Origin: Lachnospiraceae bacterium UBA1066
Lineage (GTDB): Bacteria; Bacillota; Clostridia; Lachnospirales; Lachnospiraceae
Reading direction: 5' to 3'
Length of the DNA stretch: 41,357 bases
Assembly (NCBI GenBank): GCA_002316215.1
Contig: DCDB01000107.1
Location: 1 to 41,357, forward strand
Shown here: one piece after another, positions 21,370 through 30,749 of the stretch
Numbering within the stretch: position 1 is the first letter of the stretch
Layout of the letters: each line of letters begins with the position of its first letter
The notes under the pieces: generated by a model
What the model was told of the DNA's origin: nothing
Databases searched by the model: none
The model's input: only the letters and a program-made list of their open reading frames with translations
Made by a program: the position numbers and the translations under genes

Positions 21370-21389
21370 GTTCTTGACACGGGAGAAGA

Positions 21390-22253
21390 ATGAACGCAGC
21401 CGAACATTTAAGTAACTATTTCAGCACCAGCCTGCCGCAGATATCAAAGTTCATGATAAACGCGGGCATCGCCGCACTGGTTTTTTTTATAGGCTGCAAA
21501 GTCATTAACAGCCTGACAAAATTTTTTACCGGACGGCTGCAGAAACGCGGAGCCGATATCGGAACGACAGCTTATCTTGCGTCCTTTGTGCGCGTGATCG
21601 GCAAGATCCTTCTTGCGGTTGTGCTTTTAGGACAGCTGGGCGTCAAGGATGCGACGATTGTCGCTGCTTTGGGCTCCGTCGGTGTAGGGCTGGGTCTGGC
21701 GCTTCAGGGCGGAATGGCCAATTTTGCCGGCGGCCTCATTATTCTGCTTCTCAAGCCTTTCGCAGTAGGTGACTATATTATTGAAGTCAGTGAGAAGAAC
21801 GAAGGCACGGTTAAAAAGATTGATATGTTCTATACGACTCTCAGAACCGTTGACAACCGCAAAATCGTTATTCCGAACAAACAGCTGACAGATGCTTCGG
21901 TCATCAACGTTACGGCTACCGGAAAAAGAATGCTGGCTGTCAATATAGGCATTTCCTATACGGATGATATTGATAAAGCCAGGAATATCCTGGAAGAGAT
22001 ATGCAAAAATGATCCGAAAGTCATCCAGGACCGGAACATTAATATCCATGTAGACGAGCTTGCCGACAGCAGTGTTAAACTCGGCATACAGGTGTGGACG
22101 GATACGGATAATTATTTTCCGCTGAAATGGAGCCTGAATGAGAGCATTAAAAAGGCATTTGATCAGGCGGGTATTTCCATACCTTACAGCCAGATGGATG
22201 TTCATCTTTTCGAAAATGGAAAAAGAAGTGCAGTAAAGGGATATGAAGAATGA
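21390..22253 (+). CDS. mscS: Small-conductance mechanosensitive channel (MscS family)
   Basis: Three TM segments, GLGLALQGGMANFAGG, KPFAVGDYI, IVIPN, GISIPY. Confidence 0.92.
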   Translation: MNAAEHLSNYFSTSLPQISKFMINAGIAALVFFIGCKVINSLTKFFTGRLQKRGADIGTTAYLASFVRVIGKILLAVVLLGQLGVKDATIVAALGSVGVGLGLALQGGMANFAGGLIILLLKPFAVGDYIIEVSEKNEGTVKKIDMFYTTLRTVDNRKIVIPNKQLTDASVINVTATGKRMLAVNIGISYTDDIDKARNILEEICKNDPKVIQDRNINIHVDELADSSVKLGIQVWTDTDNYFPLKWSLNESIKKAFDQAGISIPYSQMDVHLFENGKRSAVKGYEE

Positions 22254-23299
22254 AAAAGATCTTGCTGTCAGCTGCTGTAGCTGCAATGCTGGCTTTAATG
22301 GCTGTAGGCTGCGGTGTACGGCATGTGACGAAAGAAAACACGGAATCCGGGGAATCTGTTTCTGCTTCTGCAGCAAAGTATGCCATCATAACCAAGCAGA
22401 AGGATAATGCCTACAATGAGAAAATTATCTCGGGTTTTCAATCCGTTATGGAAAGCACGGGGAATACCTGCGTTGTCGGGGAACCTTCAAAGGGAACAGC
22501 TGCAGAACAGATCAAGATGGTCAATGATTTTATAAGTGAGAAGGTTTCCTGCATCGCTATTGCACCGGAAGATGCAGATGCTCTTTCGGATTGTTTAAAA
22601 AGTGCGATGAAAAGCGGTATCGATGTCTGTTCTTTCGATACACCGGCGCTTTCGGACAGCAGGGAGCTTTTCATCAACCAGGCCGGAACGAATCAGATCG
22701 CCCTGACGCTCATGGATGCCGTCCTGGATATTTCAGGCGGAAAAGGTTCCTGGGCTATTTTGTCTGCATCATCGACAGCCTCCAATCAGAATGAATGGAT
22801 CAGCAGCATGAAACAGACTATGAAGGATGCGAAGTATAAGGATCTGCAGCTTGTTGAAATTGCTTACGGGGACGATGCCTATCAGAAGTCATATAATCAG
22901 ACAAAGTCTCTCCTTCAGTCATACCCGGATCTCAAGGTGATCTGCGCGCCCACAACGGTCGGCATGAAAGCTGCCGCTAATGCGATAACGGACACCGGAT
23001 CGAAAGTTAAGCTTACAGGGCTCGGTCTCCCCTCGGAAATGGCTGATTTTATCGGCAGCGGCAAATGCTGCCCCTATATGTATTTGTGGAATCCGCTGAA
23101 TCTGGGGCGTGTTACGGCTTATGTTTCCGTAGCGCTGGACGAAGGCAGTATCACAGGAGATGTAGGGGAGGAATTCAAGGCAGGCGATATGGGAGCTTTC
23201 AAGGTCACCAAAGCATCGGACGGCGGAACGGAAGTCATTGTCGGCTATCCATTTAAATTTTCAGCGGATAACATTGATGACTGGAAGGAAATATATTAA
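22250..23299 (+). CDS. Sugar ABC transporter substrate-binding lipoprotein, RhaS/LsrB-like
   Basis: Lipoprotein signal ending MAVGC. Motifs NQNEWI, AYGDD, APTTVG, LTGLGLPSEM, YLWNP recalled as typical of rhamnose-binding RhaS. ATGA overlap with the mscS stop. Confidence 0.8.
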   Translation: MKKILLSAAVAAMLALMAVGCGVRHVTKENTESGESVSASAAKYAIITKQKDNAYNEKIISGFQSVMESTGNTCVVGEPSKGTAAEQIKMVNDFISEKVSCIAIAPEDADALSDCLKSAMKSGIDVCSFDTPALSDSRELFINQAGTNQIALTLMDAVLDISGGKGSWAILSASSTASNQNEWISSMKQTMKDAKYKDLQLVEIAYGDDAYQKSYNQTKSLLQSYPDLKVICAPTTVGMKAAANAITDTGSKVKLTGLGLPSEMADFIGSGKCCPYMYLWNPLNLGRVTAYVSVALDEGSITGDVGEEFKAGDMGAFKVTKASDGGTEVIVGYPFKFSADNIDDWKEIY

Positions 23300-23404
23300 A
23301 GGTGTAGAATATAAAGCATACCGGATTGAAAAAATGATATGGCGATCCGTATGGGTTATTTGTGCATGGCGTAAAATTATCTTGCATAGCAAGGGGGAAG
23401 AACT

Positions 23405-24277
23405 ATGAGCAGCTCAAATGAAAAAGAACAGGCGCCGGTAGATGAAAGTTTGATTAAAAAGGTCAGGAACCTTACGATTCTTGCATCAGCGGTTTATTTT
23501 ATCCTGGGACTTACGATGTATCTCTGGCCGGATGAGATGTGGAGCCTTATAGCTATCATCCTCGGTATTATATCCCTGGTTCTTGGGATTGTGCGCCTGA
23601 TACTTTATTTTACGAAGGATCGTTTTGCGGCGATGATCGCCTATGATCTTGTGATCGGGATCCTTTTTACGGTTCTCGGTGTCCTGATTCTGATTTTCCA
23701 CGGCCAGGTCATGGATTATATAGCCGTTGTCTTCGGTATCTTCCTTTTGCTCGGAAGTATTATTAAAGTCCAGAATGCCATTGATCTTAACCGGATCGGC
23801 ATGAAGAAGTGGTGGATTGTCCTGATTTTTGCCGGCATGTCTATTGTTTTTGCAATTCTTCTAATCGTTAAACCGGATTTCATTAAGTCAATGCTGATGA
23901 AGATAACAGGCATTTTCCTTATGATTGACGGTCTGACAGGAATTGTGACGATTATTATCTATGCTTTCCGTTTCAGGAAATATAAAAAAGAACTGAAGCA
24001 GGCTTCGATGGAAGTCGTTGATGAAGCCCCGGAAGCGGTCGGTACAGAAGCCCAGAATTCCGGAACGGCGGAAGCTTCTTCGGATAATGAAGGCGCCGGC
24101 AGCACCGCGGAAGAAGAGACGGATGTCCCCTCTTCCGATATAACAGCAGCAGATGCCGCAGAAGATACAGCTGCCGCTGCCGACAGTATGCAGGCGGCAG
24201 GGCAGATGGCGGTTCCGCCGACTGCACCGATGGGAAATAATTTTGATCCGAATACCGGGCTCCCGATCAAAAAATAA
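23405..24277 (+). CDS. HdeD/DUF308-like six-TM membrane protein with acidic disordered C-terminal tail
   Basis: Six hydrophobic segments in two repeated triplets followed by about 90 aa rich in E/D/A/S/T. Confidence 0.7.
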   Translation: MSSSNEKEQAPVDESLIKKVRNLTILASAVYFILGLTMYLWPDEMWSLIAIILGIISLVLGIVRLILYFTKDRFAAMIAYDLVIGILFTVLGVLILIFHGQVMDYIAVVFGIFLLLGSIIKVQNAIDLNRIGMKKWWIVLIFAGMSIVFAILLIVKPDFIKSMLMKITGIFLMIDGLTGIVTIIIYAFRFRKYKKELKQASMEVVDEAPEAVGTEAQNSGTAEASSDNEGAGSTAEEETDVPSSDITAADAAEDTAAAADSMQAAGQMAVPPTAPMGNNFDPNTGLPIKK

Positions 24278-24281
24278 TACA

Positions 24282-24355
24282 TTCCTCATGTTTTCGTGCG
24301 CCGAAGTTAAAAAGGCTTTTCCGAAGGAAGGGTACGTTTGGTCTTCTGGCGCTTG
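24282..24355 (+). repeat. Decayed copy of the dispersed palindromic element
   Basis: TTCCTCATGTTTTCGTGCG...GTTAAAAAG...TCTTCTGGCGCTTG matches 41283-41357 at about 54 of 75 columns by hand. Confidence 0.7.
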
Positions 24356-24400
24356 CATCACAGCAACGAATATAAAAAAATCAGATTGGAGTTAAACAAC

Positions 24401-25216
24401 ATGGCTGAAGAATGTACGCATGACTGCAAAACCTGCAGCGAGAATTGTGAGAGCAGGGATCCAAAAAGTATGATTGAAGCTCCGAATGCCAACTCGGAGA
24501 TCGGAAAGGTAATAGGGATAGTAAGCGGAAAAGGGGGTGTCGGGAAATCCCTTATGACATCTCTGCTGGCCGTTGCCGCAGTAAGAAACGGAAAGAAAGC
24601 AGGTATCCTGGATGCTGATATCACGGGACCGTCGATTCCGCGTATGTTCGGTATTGACGAGATGGTGAAGGGTACTTCTTTCGGAATTATACCGGCAGAA
24701 ACAAAAACCGGGATTGCTGTCATGTCCACAAATCTTATTCTGGACAGCAAAGAAGATCCCGTTATCTGGAGAGGCCCCATTATTGCAGGAGCCGTTAAAC
24801 AGTTCTGGACGGATGTCTGCTGGGGAAAACTCGATTATCTCTTTGTCGATATGCCTCCGGGAACTGGTGATGTACCGCTTACGGTGTTCCAGTCGCTTCC
24901 TGTAGACGGCATTATTATTGTCACGTCACCGCAGGAGCTTGTTTCCATGATTGTCGAAAAAGCTGTCCGCATGGCAGAAAAGATGAATATCCCGGTACTG
25001 GGTGTTGCAGAAAACATGAGTTATGTTACCTGCCCGGACTGCGGAAAGAAGATTTATCTGTTCGGAGAGGGAAAGACATCTGAGATTGCGGGTAAGCACG
25101 GAATTCCAAAAACTATTTCCATGCCGGTGATGCCTGATCTGGCGCAGCTTTGCGATGACGGAAAAATCGAAGATGCGTCGGACGAAGTAGTGAAGAATGT
25201 TGAGGGCCTGCTGTAA
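24401..25216 (+). CDS. Mrp/NBP35 (ApbC) family Fe-S cluster carrier ATPase
   Basis: N-terminal CxxxCxxCxxxC, deviant Walker A SGKGGVGKS, DADITGPS, DMPPGTGD, ENMS, CPDC. Start set to ATG 24401 after GGAG. Confidence 0.92.
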   Translation: MAEECTHDCKTCSENCESRDPKSMIEAPNANSEIGKVIGIVSGKGGVGKSLMTSLLAVAAVRNGKKAGILDADITGPSIPRMFGIDEMVKGTSFGIIPAETKTGIAVMSTNLILDSKEDPVIWRGPIIAGAVKQFWTDVCWGKLDYLFVDMPPGTGDVPLTVFQSLPVDGIIIVTSPQELVSMIVEKAVRMAEKMNIPVLGVAENMSYVTCPDCGKKIYLFGEGKTSEIAGKHGIPKTISMPVMPDLAQLCDDGKIEDASDEVVKNVEGLL

Positions 25217-25262
25217 ATATATTCCGGCGGCTGCAGGAATGCCGTAAGCAAGGGGAAAAGTA

Positions 25263-26453
25263 ATGGTTGCTGCTTTTATTTCACCGCTGTATGCGCTTCT
25301 GGTTTTTTATCTTATACGGAAAAGCCTCCGCTGGCTGAAAACGCTTTTTTCTGTCTGCGGGCAGAAGTGGTTTACAGCGGTATACAGCATCCTGTGCATC
25401 GTATTTGCCGCCTCGTCTGTCATTGCATTTTTCCTGACGGACGGCGGCTTTCAGAGAGTCTGGAAATCCATTGGGAACTTTTCTCTTGGTTTTCTTGTAT
25501 ATGTTCTGCTTGCTGTCGGTGTCCAGGAGCTTGTTAAGCTGATCCTTATAAAGACGAAAGCCATGAACCGGAAGCAGGCCGGTTCAAAAAAGGCAGCTGC
25601 AGCGGCCGGTACGGTGATGCTGATTTTTATTTTCGGAATGTGTGCCTACGGTCTTGTCAATGCGCAGGATATTAAGATCCGGAACTATGACATAAAGGTG
25701 GATAAATCCGCAGGAAACCTGAAAGAACTGAACATAGCCCTGATTGCAGATCTTCATCTGGGATATAATGCCGATTCTGCCCTGATGCAGCAGATGGTGG
25801 ACAAGGTCAATGCTTTGAATCCGGATATTGTCCTTTGCGCCGGAGATTTTTTTGATAACGAATATGAAGCCCTTGCCGATCCGGAAAAGACTGAAAAAAT
25901 CCTGGCCGAAATGAAGAGTACGTTCGGATCCTATACGGTTTTCGGAAACCACGATATCGAGGAACCGATTCTCGGGGGTTTTACTTTTCCATCCAAAAGT
26001 GCGAAAGTGACGGATCCGAGATTCGTTGATTTCGTAAAAAAATCGAATATGACGATTCTGAGCGATGAATCCGTCCTTATTGACAATTCTTTTTATGTTG
26101 TCGGACGCCGTGACAGAGAAGAGCCGGGAAATGAAGATAAATCGCGGCTTACACCGGAAGAACTGATCAGCGGCCTCAATACCTCTAAACCGATCATTGA
26201 TCTTGAACATGAACCGGCCGGCCTTAAAGAGGTATCGGATGCGGGTTTCGATCTTGATCTCTGCGGCCATACCCATGCAGGACAGATTTTCCCCGGAACC
26301 CTGATTATCCATTTATTCTGGGAAAATCCGTGGGGATATGAAAAGGTCGGCAATATGCAGAATATTGTGACCTCCGGTGTCGGCTCCTTCGGCCCGTATA
26401 TGAGGACTTTATGCGATTCGGAAATATGCAATATACACGTTACCTTTAATTAG
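25263..26453 (+). CDS. Membrane-anchored calcineurin-like metallophosphoesterase
   Basis: Four N-terminal hydrophobic segments, then DLHLG, AGDFFD, GNHD, HEP, GHTHAGQ. Confidence 0.9.
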   Translation: MVAAFISPLYALLVFYLIRKSLRWLKTLFSVCGQKWFTAVYSILCIVFAASSVIAFFLTDGGFQRVWKSIGNFSLGFLVYVLLAVGVQELVKLILIKTKAMNRKQAGSKKAAAAAGTVMLIFIFGMCAYGLVNAQDIKIRNYDIKVDKSAGNLKELNIALIADLHLGYNADSALMQQMVDKVNALNPDIVLCAGDFFDNEYEALADPEKTEKILAEMKSTFGSYTVFGNHDIEEPILGGFTFPSKSAKVTDPRFVDFVKKSNMTILSDESVLIDNSFYVVGRRDREEPGNEDKSRLTPEELISGLNTSKPIIDLEHEPAGLKEVSDAGFDLDLCGHTHAGQIFPGTLIIHLFWENPWGYEKVGNMQNIVTSGVGSFGPYMRTLCDSEICNIHVTFN

Positions 26454-26480
26454 AAACAGATTTGTTATAAGAGGACAGAT

Positions 26481-27281
26481 ATGCCGGACACAACAAAAAT
26501 GGATCTTCATCTCCATACAAAAGAAGGATCTCTGGACGGACGTGCGGACGTAATATCCTGTGCGCTTGAACTTAATAATCACGGGTTTACGGGTATGATG
26601 GTATCGGATCATAATTCTTACAAAGGTTATATCGCTTATCAGCAGCAGAAAGACAAGTATCCTGAACTAAAAGATTTTACGGTCTTAAAGGGACTTGAAT
26701 ACGATACCCGCGACGGCGGTCACGTGCTTATTATTTTACCGGATGCAGTTGAAACCGCGATCTTTACCGTGCGGGGCATGACAATCCGAAGACTGCAGCT
26801 TCTTGTGCATTCCATGGGCGGGATCTGCGGTATGTCGCATCCATACGGCAACGGCTATTTTGCAGCCATGCATACCAACCACGTCAAAAAGAACAGCAGG
26901 CTTCAGAAAGGCTTTGATTTTATCGAGGTCTTTAATAACCATATCTCTGATGAAGCGAACAAAATGGCTGTGGAACTTGCAGAAAGGCTCAAGAAGCCCG
27001 GGACTGCAGGCTCGGATTCTCACTCTATGCGTTTTGTAGGAACGGCTGAAACAACTTTTGATGTGCCGGTCAGGAGCAGGGACGAGCTTATTGCGGCAAT
27101 CATGGGCGGCCATATTACAGGAGCGCATAAAGTTGAAGGCACGAATATATATCCGCTTTCAAAGGGCATTATTAAATGGAGCGGAATCTTCGGCTACTGG
27201 GTATGGAATAAAGGCGCTTCCGTTCGGAATATCCGCCGCAGAAAAAAAGTTTTCCGCAATTGGAAGGATGAGAAAAAATAA
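26481..27281 (+). CDS. PHP domain-containing protein
   Basis: DLHLHT, SDHN, GLEY...GH, HP, IEVFN, GSDSH motifs. Confidence 0.88.
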   Translation: MPDTTKMDLHLHTKEGSLDGRADVISCALELNNHGFTGMMVSDHNSYKGYIAYQQQKDKYPELKDFTVLKGLEYDTRDGGHVLIILPDAVETAIFTVRGMTIRRLQLLVHSMGGICGMSHPYGNGYFAAMHTNHVKKNSRLQKGFDFIEVFNNHISDEANKMAVELAERLKKPGTAGSDSHSMRFVGTAETTFDVPVRSRDELIAAIMGGHITGAHKVEGTNIYPLSKGIIKWSGIFGYWVWNKGASVRNIRRRKKVFRNWKDEKK

Positions 27282-27326
27282 TTGTTGAATTTTTTCTCAC
27301 TTCGTGTATAATAGCTTAAGTAGCCC

Positions 27327-27399
<73 letters not shown>

Positions 27400-27401
27400 G
27401 C

Positions 27402-27435
27402 AGGAACCGTTCATAAAGAACGGTTCCTTTTTTTT
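27402..27435 (+). terminator. Intrinsic terminator after tRNA-Thr
   Basis: AGGAACCGTTC-ATAAA-GAACGGTTCCT followed by a T run. Confidence 0.92.
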
Positions 27436-27465
27436 ACTGATTTTGTACAACCTGCTTAACTTTGA

Positions 27466-27494
27466 TTGACATGTAATGGAATTTTCCATATAAT
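27466..27494 (+). promoter_or_regulatory. Consensus sigma-A promoter of xdhABC with palindrome in spacer
   Basis: Exact TTGACA-17 nt-TATAAT, with ATGGAA-TT-TTCCAT at 27476-27489. Confidence 0.8.
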
Positions 27495-27567
27495 TTTATA
27501 CAAGATTACAAATCTTTAATGAACCTAAAAGAATTTTCATGTATATCTTAAGAAAGGTCGTGATGCC

Positions 27568-29862
27568 ATGGTTATCGGAAAAAGCCTGCCAAGAGTAGAC
27601 GCCTTAGATAAGGCGACAGGCAGAACGAAATACACAGATGATCTGTGTGACAGAGGCGCCCTGATCGCAAAAATCGTCCACTCGGATAAGGCGCATGCCT
27701 ATGTAAAGTCAGTGGATATTAAAGAAGCATTAAAAGTTCCGGGAGTTGTCAAAATTCTCACCTGTTTTGATGTCCCCGAACAGCCCTTCCCGACGGCAGG
27801 CCATCCCTGGTCGACAGATCCTCATCACCAGGACGTGGCGGACCGGCATCTTTTAACCCGCCACGTGCGTTATTACGGCGATGATGTTGCGGCTGTCGTT
27901 GCGGAAGATGAAGTATCCGCTGTTCAGGCAGCCAGGGCAGTAAAAGTGGAATATGATGTCCTGCCGATCGTTCTGGATGCCCAGGAGGCGATGAAGGACG
28001 GCGCACCTCTTCTGCACAAAAAATATGCAAATAATGTACTGGCGCATACGGATATAAGAAGAGGCAACTACGAAGAAGCAATTAAGGAGCCGGGTCTCGT
28101 TAAAGTTGAAGGATGGTATGATACACCGACCGTTCAGCACTGCCACATAGAAAATGCTGTATGTTATGCTTACGAAGAAGCCGGTAAAGTTGTCGTTGTC
28201 GCTTCCACGCAGATTCCGCATATCGTAAGAAGGTGCGTAGGGCAGGCGCTGGGGATTGACTGGGGACGAGTGCGTATCATAAAGCCTTATATCGGCGGGG
28301 GCTTCGGAGATAAGCAGGATGCTCTCTATGAGCCGCTCTGCGCCTGGCTGTCCATGCAGGTAGGCGGACGGCTTGTAAAGCTTGAGTGCACCAGGGAAGA
28401 AACCTTTGTAAACTGCCGTGTTCGCCACGCCATCCGCAGCCACATTATCTCTTATGTGAGAGCGGACGGAACCATGGTGGGGAGAAAACTGGAATGCTGG
28501 TCTAATCAGGGAGCCTATGCTTCTCATGGGCACGGCATCTGTGCAAAGGGAATGAACGCTTTCCCGCAGCTTTATCCCTGCCCGAATCTGGAAGCTGATT
28601 CGTGGACCGTCTTTACGAACCGCTCTGTTGCCGGTGCCATGCGCGCTTACGGGATGCCGCAGGCGATTTTTGCAGTGGAATGCCATACGGATGACATCTG
28701 CCGGAAACTGGGCCTTGATCCGATTGAATACCGCCGCCGCGCCGTGATGCCGAAAGGCTATGTGGATCAATTTTCAAAAAATGAACTTTATTCGGATTCT
28801 TTCAATCAGACGATTGATGTCGGCATGAAGTACATGGATTTTGAACGAAAATACAAAGAATACCAAAACCAGACAGGAGATATCCGCAGGGGAATCGGTA
28901 TGTCGGTCTTTTGGTATAATACAGCCGTCTGGCCTATTTCGCTTGAAACTTCTTCCTGCCGCATGGTCATGAATCAGGACGGTTCCGTCCAGGTCCAGGT
29001 AGGAGAAACCGAAATCGGACAGGGAGCCGACACTGCTTTCGCACAGATGGCAGCGGATACCTTAGGCGTGCCGTTTGAAAAGGTACATGTCGTATCCTGC
29101 CAGGATACGGATGTCACGCCTTACGGCACCGGAGCTTATGCTTCACGCCAGACTTATACTGCAGGTATGGCAATCCGCACCTGTGCAGAGGATTTCAAGG
29201 CTCATATTTTAAAGGTCGCTTTTGACTATACCAGGATGCAGCCGTATCTGTGCGATATTGTCGACGGTAATATCGTAAGGATTACGGACGGGCGCGTACT
29301 GATGAGCCTGGCTGATCTTTCCGCCTCTGTGCTTTACAGCCTTGACAGCAGTGAACATCTGACAATGGAAAAAACCACGCAGATTAAGACCAATGCCTAC
29401 AGCTTCGGCTGCGGTTTTGCAGAAGTGGAAGTCGATATCCCGATGTGTAAAATAAAACTGCTGAAAATCATCAACGTCCACGATGCCGGTATCCTTATTA
29501 ATCCGGCGCTTGCAAAAGCCCAGGTAGAAGGCGGCATGAGCATGGGAATCGGCTATGCCCTGTCAGAAAAGCTCATTTATGATGAGAAGACCGGAAAAGC
29601 TCTGAATAACAATCTTCTTGATTATAAGCTTTCGACCTTTATGGATCATCCGCATCTGGAAGTGGCATTTGTGGAAAATCCGGAACCTACGTCGGCCTAC
29701 GGAACAAAGGCGCTCGGAGAACCGCCGGTTATCCCGGTAGCACCTGCTATCCGAAATGCCGTATTGAATGCTACAGGCGTGGCGCTTTATGAACTTCCTA
29801 TGGATCCGCACCTGCTTTTCCGTAAATTCCAGGAAGCGCACCTTTTTGCGAAGGAGGAATAA
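27568..29862 (+). CDS. xdhA: Xanthine dehydrogenase family molybdenum-binding subunit
   Basis: STQIPH, IGGGFG, AGAMRAYG, EIGQG, YASRQT, QVEGG, KALGEPP motifs. Confidence 0.9.
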   Translation: MVIGKSLPRVDALDKATGRTKYTDDLCDRGALIAKIVHSDKAHAYVKSVDIKEALKVPGVVKILTCFDVPEQPFPTAGHPWSTDPHHQDVADRHLLTRHVRYYGDDVAAVVAEDEVSAVQAARAVKVEYDVLPIVLDAQEAMKDGAPLLHKKYANNVLAHTDIRRGNYEEAIKEPGLVKVEGWYDTPTVQHCHIENAVCYAYEEAGKVVVVASTQIPHIVRRCVGQALGIDWGRVRIIKPYIGGGFGDKQDALYEPLCAWLSMQVGGRLVKLECTREETFVNCRVRHAIRSHIISYVRADGTMVGRKLECWSNQGAYASHGHGICAKGMNAFPQLYPCPNLEADSWTVFTNRSVAGAMRAYGMPQAIFAVECHTDDICRKLGLDPIEYRRRAVMPKGYVDQFSKNELYSDSFNQTIDVGMKYMDFERKYKEYQNQTGDIRRGIGMSVFWYNTAVWPISLETSSCRMVMNQDGSVQVQVGETEIGQGADTAFAQMAADTLGVPFEKVHVVSCQDTDVTPYGTGAYASRQTYTAGMAIRTCAEDFKAHILKVAFDYTRMQPYLCDIVDGNIVRITDGRVLMSLADLSASVLYSLDSSEHLTMEKTTQIKTNAYSFGCGFAEVEVDIPMCKIKLLKIINVHDAGILINPALAKAQVEGGMSMGIGYALSEKLIYDEKTGKALNNNLLDYKLSTFMDHPHLEVAFVENPEPTSAYGTKALGEPPVIPVAPAIRNAVLNATGVALYELPMDPHLLFRKFQEAHLFAKEE

Positions 29863-29864
29863 AA

Positions 29865-30749
29865 ATGTACGATATAAAGGCACTTTATGAAGCAAAAAGC
29901 GTGGAAGATGCCGTGCGCCTTCTGACAGATCATCCGGATGCCCAGATTATTGCAGGCGGTTCGGACGTTCTGGTACAGATTCGTTCAGGTAAGAGAGCCG
30001 GCAAGGAACTTGTGAGCATTTACGGCCTGGATGAGATGCGCGGCGTAAAAATGGAAGAGGACGGGACGATCCGGATCGGCTCGCTGACTTCATTTTCCCA
30101 TATTACGCAGGATCCGTTAATCCAGAAACATATTAATGTGCTGGGAGAAGCCGTCGACATGGTCGGCGGACCGCAGATCCGCGCCATCGGCACTATCGGC
30201 GGGAATACCTGCAACGGCGTGACGTCGGCAGATTCCGCTTCGACTCTTTTTGCGCTGGATGCCATTATCGAAATCACAGGACCAAACGGGGTCAGGACAG
30301 AGCCGATCAGCAGCTTCTATCTCAGCGCCGGAAAAGTAGATCTTGCGCATAACGAAGTACAAACGGCAATTTTAATTCCGAAAAAATCGTATTCCGGATA
30401 CAAGGGACATTACATTAAATACGGCATGCGGAATGCCATGGAAATCGCTACGACCGGCTGCTCCGTGAATGTCAGGCTCTCGGGCGATAAAAAGACGATT
30501 AAAGATGTCCGCATCGCTTATGGAGTTGCAGGCCCGATTCCGATGCGGGCGCATACTGCGGAAAAAGCAGCTGCAGGACAGCCTGTCTGCGCGGAAACCG
30601 TCGACCGATTTGCCGCAGCAGTCCTTGAGGACGTAAAGCCGCGGGACAGCTGGCGCGCGGCGAAGGATTTCCGCCTTCATCTGTGCACGACGATGGCGAA
30701 AAGGGCTCTTATTGAAGCGATTAAAAAGTGCGGAGGTGAGGTCTTATGA
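29865..30749 (+). CDS. xdhB: Xanthine dehydrogenase family FAD-binding subunit
   Basis: IAGGSDV, PQIRAIGTIGGN..N...SAD motifs. Confidence 0.9.
   Translation: MYDIKALYEAKSVEDAVRLLTDHPDAQIIAGGSDVLVQIRSGKRAGKELVSIYGLDEMRGVKMEEDGTIRIGSLTSFSHITQDPLIQKHINVLGEAVDMVGGPQIRAIGTIGGNTCNGVTSADSASTLFALDAIIEITGPNGVRTEPISSFYLSAGKVDLAHNEVQTAILIPKKSYSGYKGHYIKYGMRNAMEIATTGCSVNVRLSGDKKTIKDVRIAYGVAGPIPMRAHTAEKAAAGQPVCAETVDRFAAAVLEDVKPRDSWRAAKDFRLHLCTTMAKRALIEAIKKCGGEVL

Noticed and set aside
27480-27546. CodY boxes at the xdh promoter (AATTTTC half-sites)
   Set aside because: Both candidates have five mismatches to AATTTTCWGAAAATT in AT-rich DNA.
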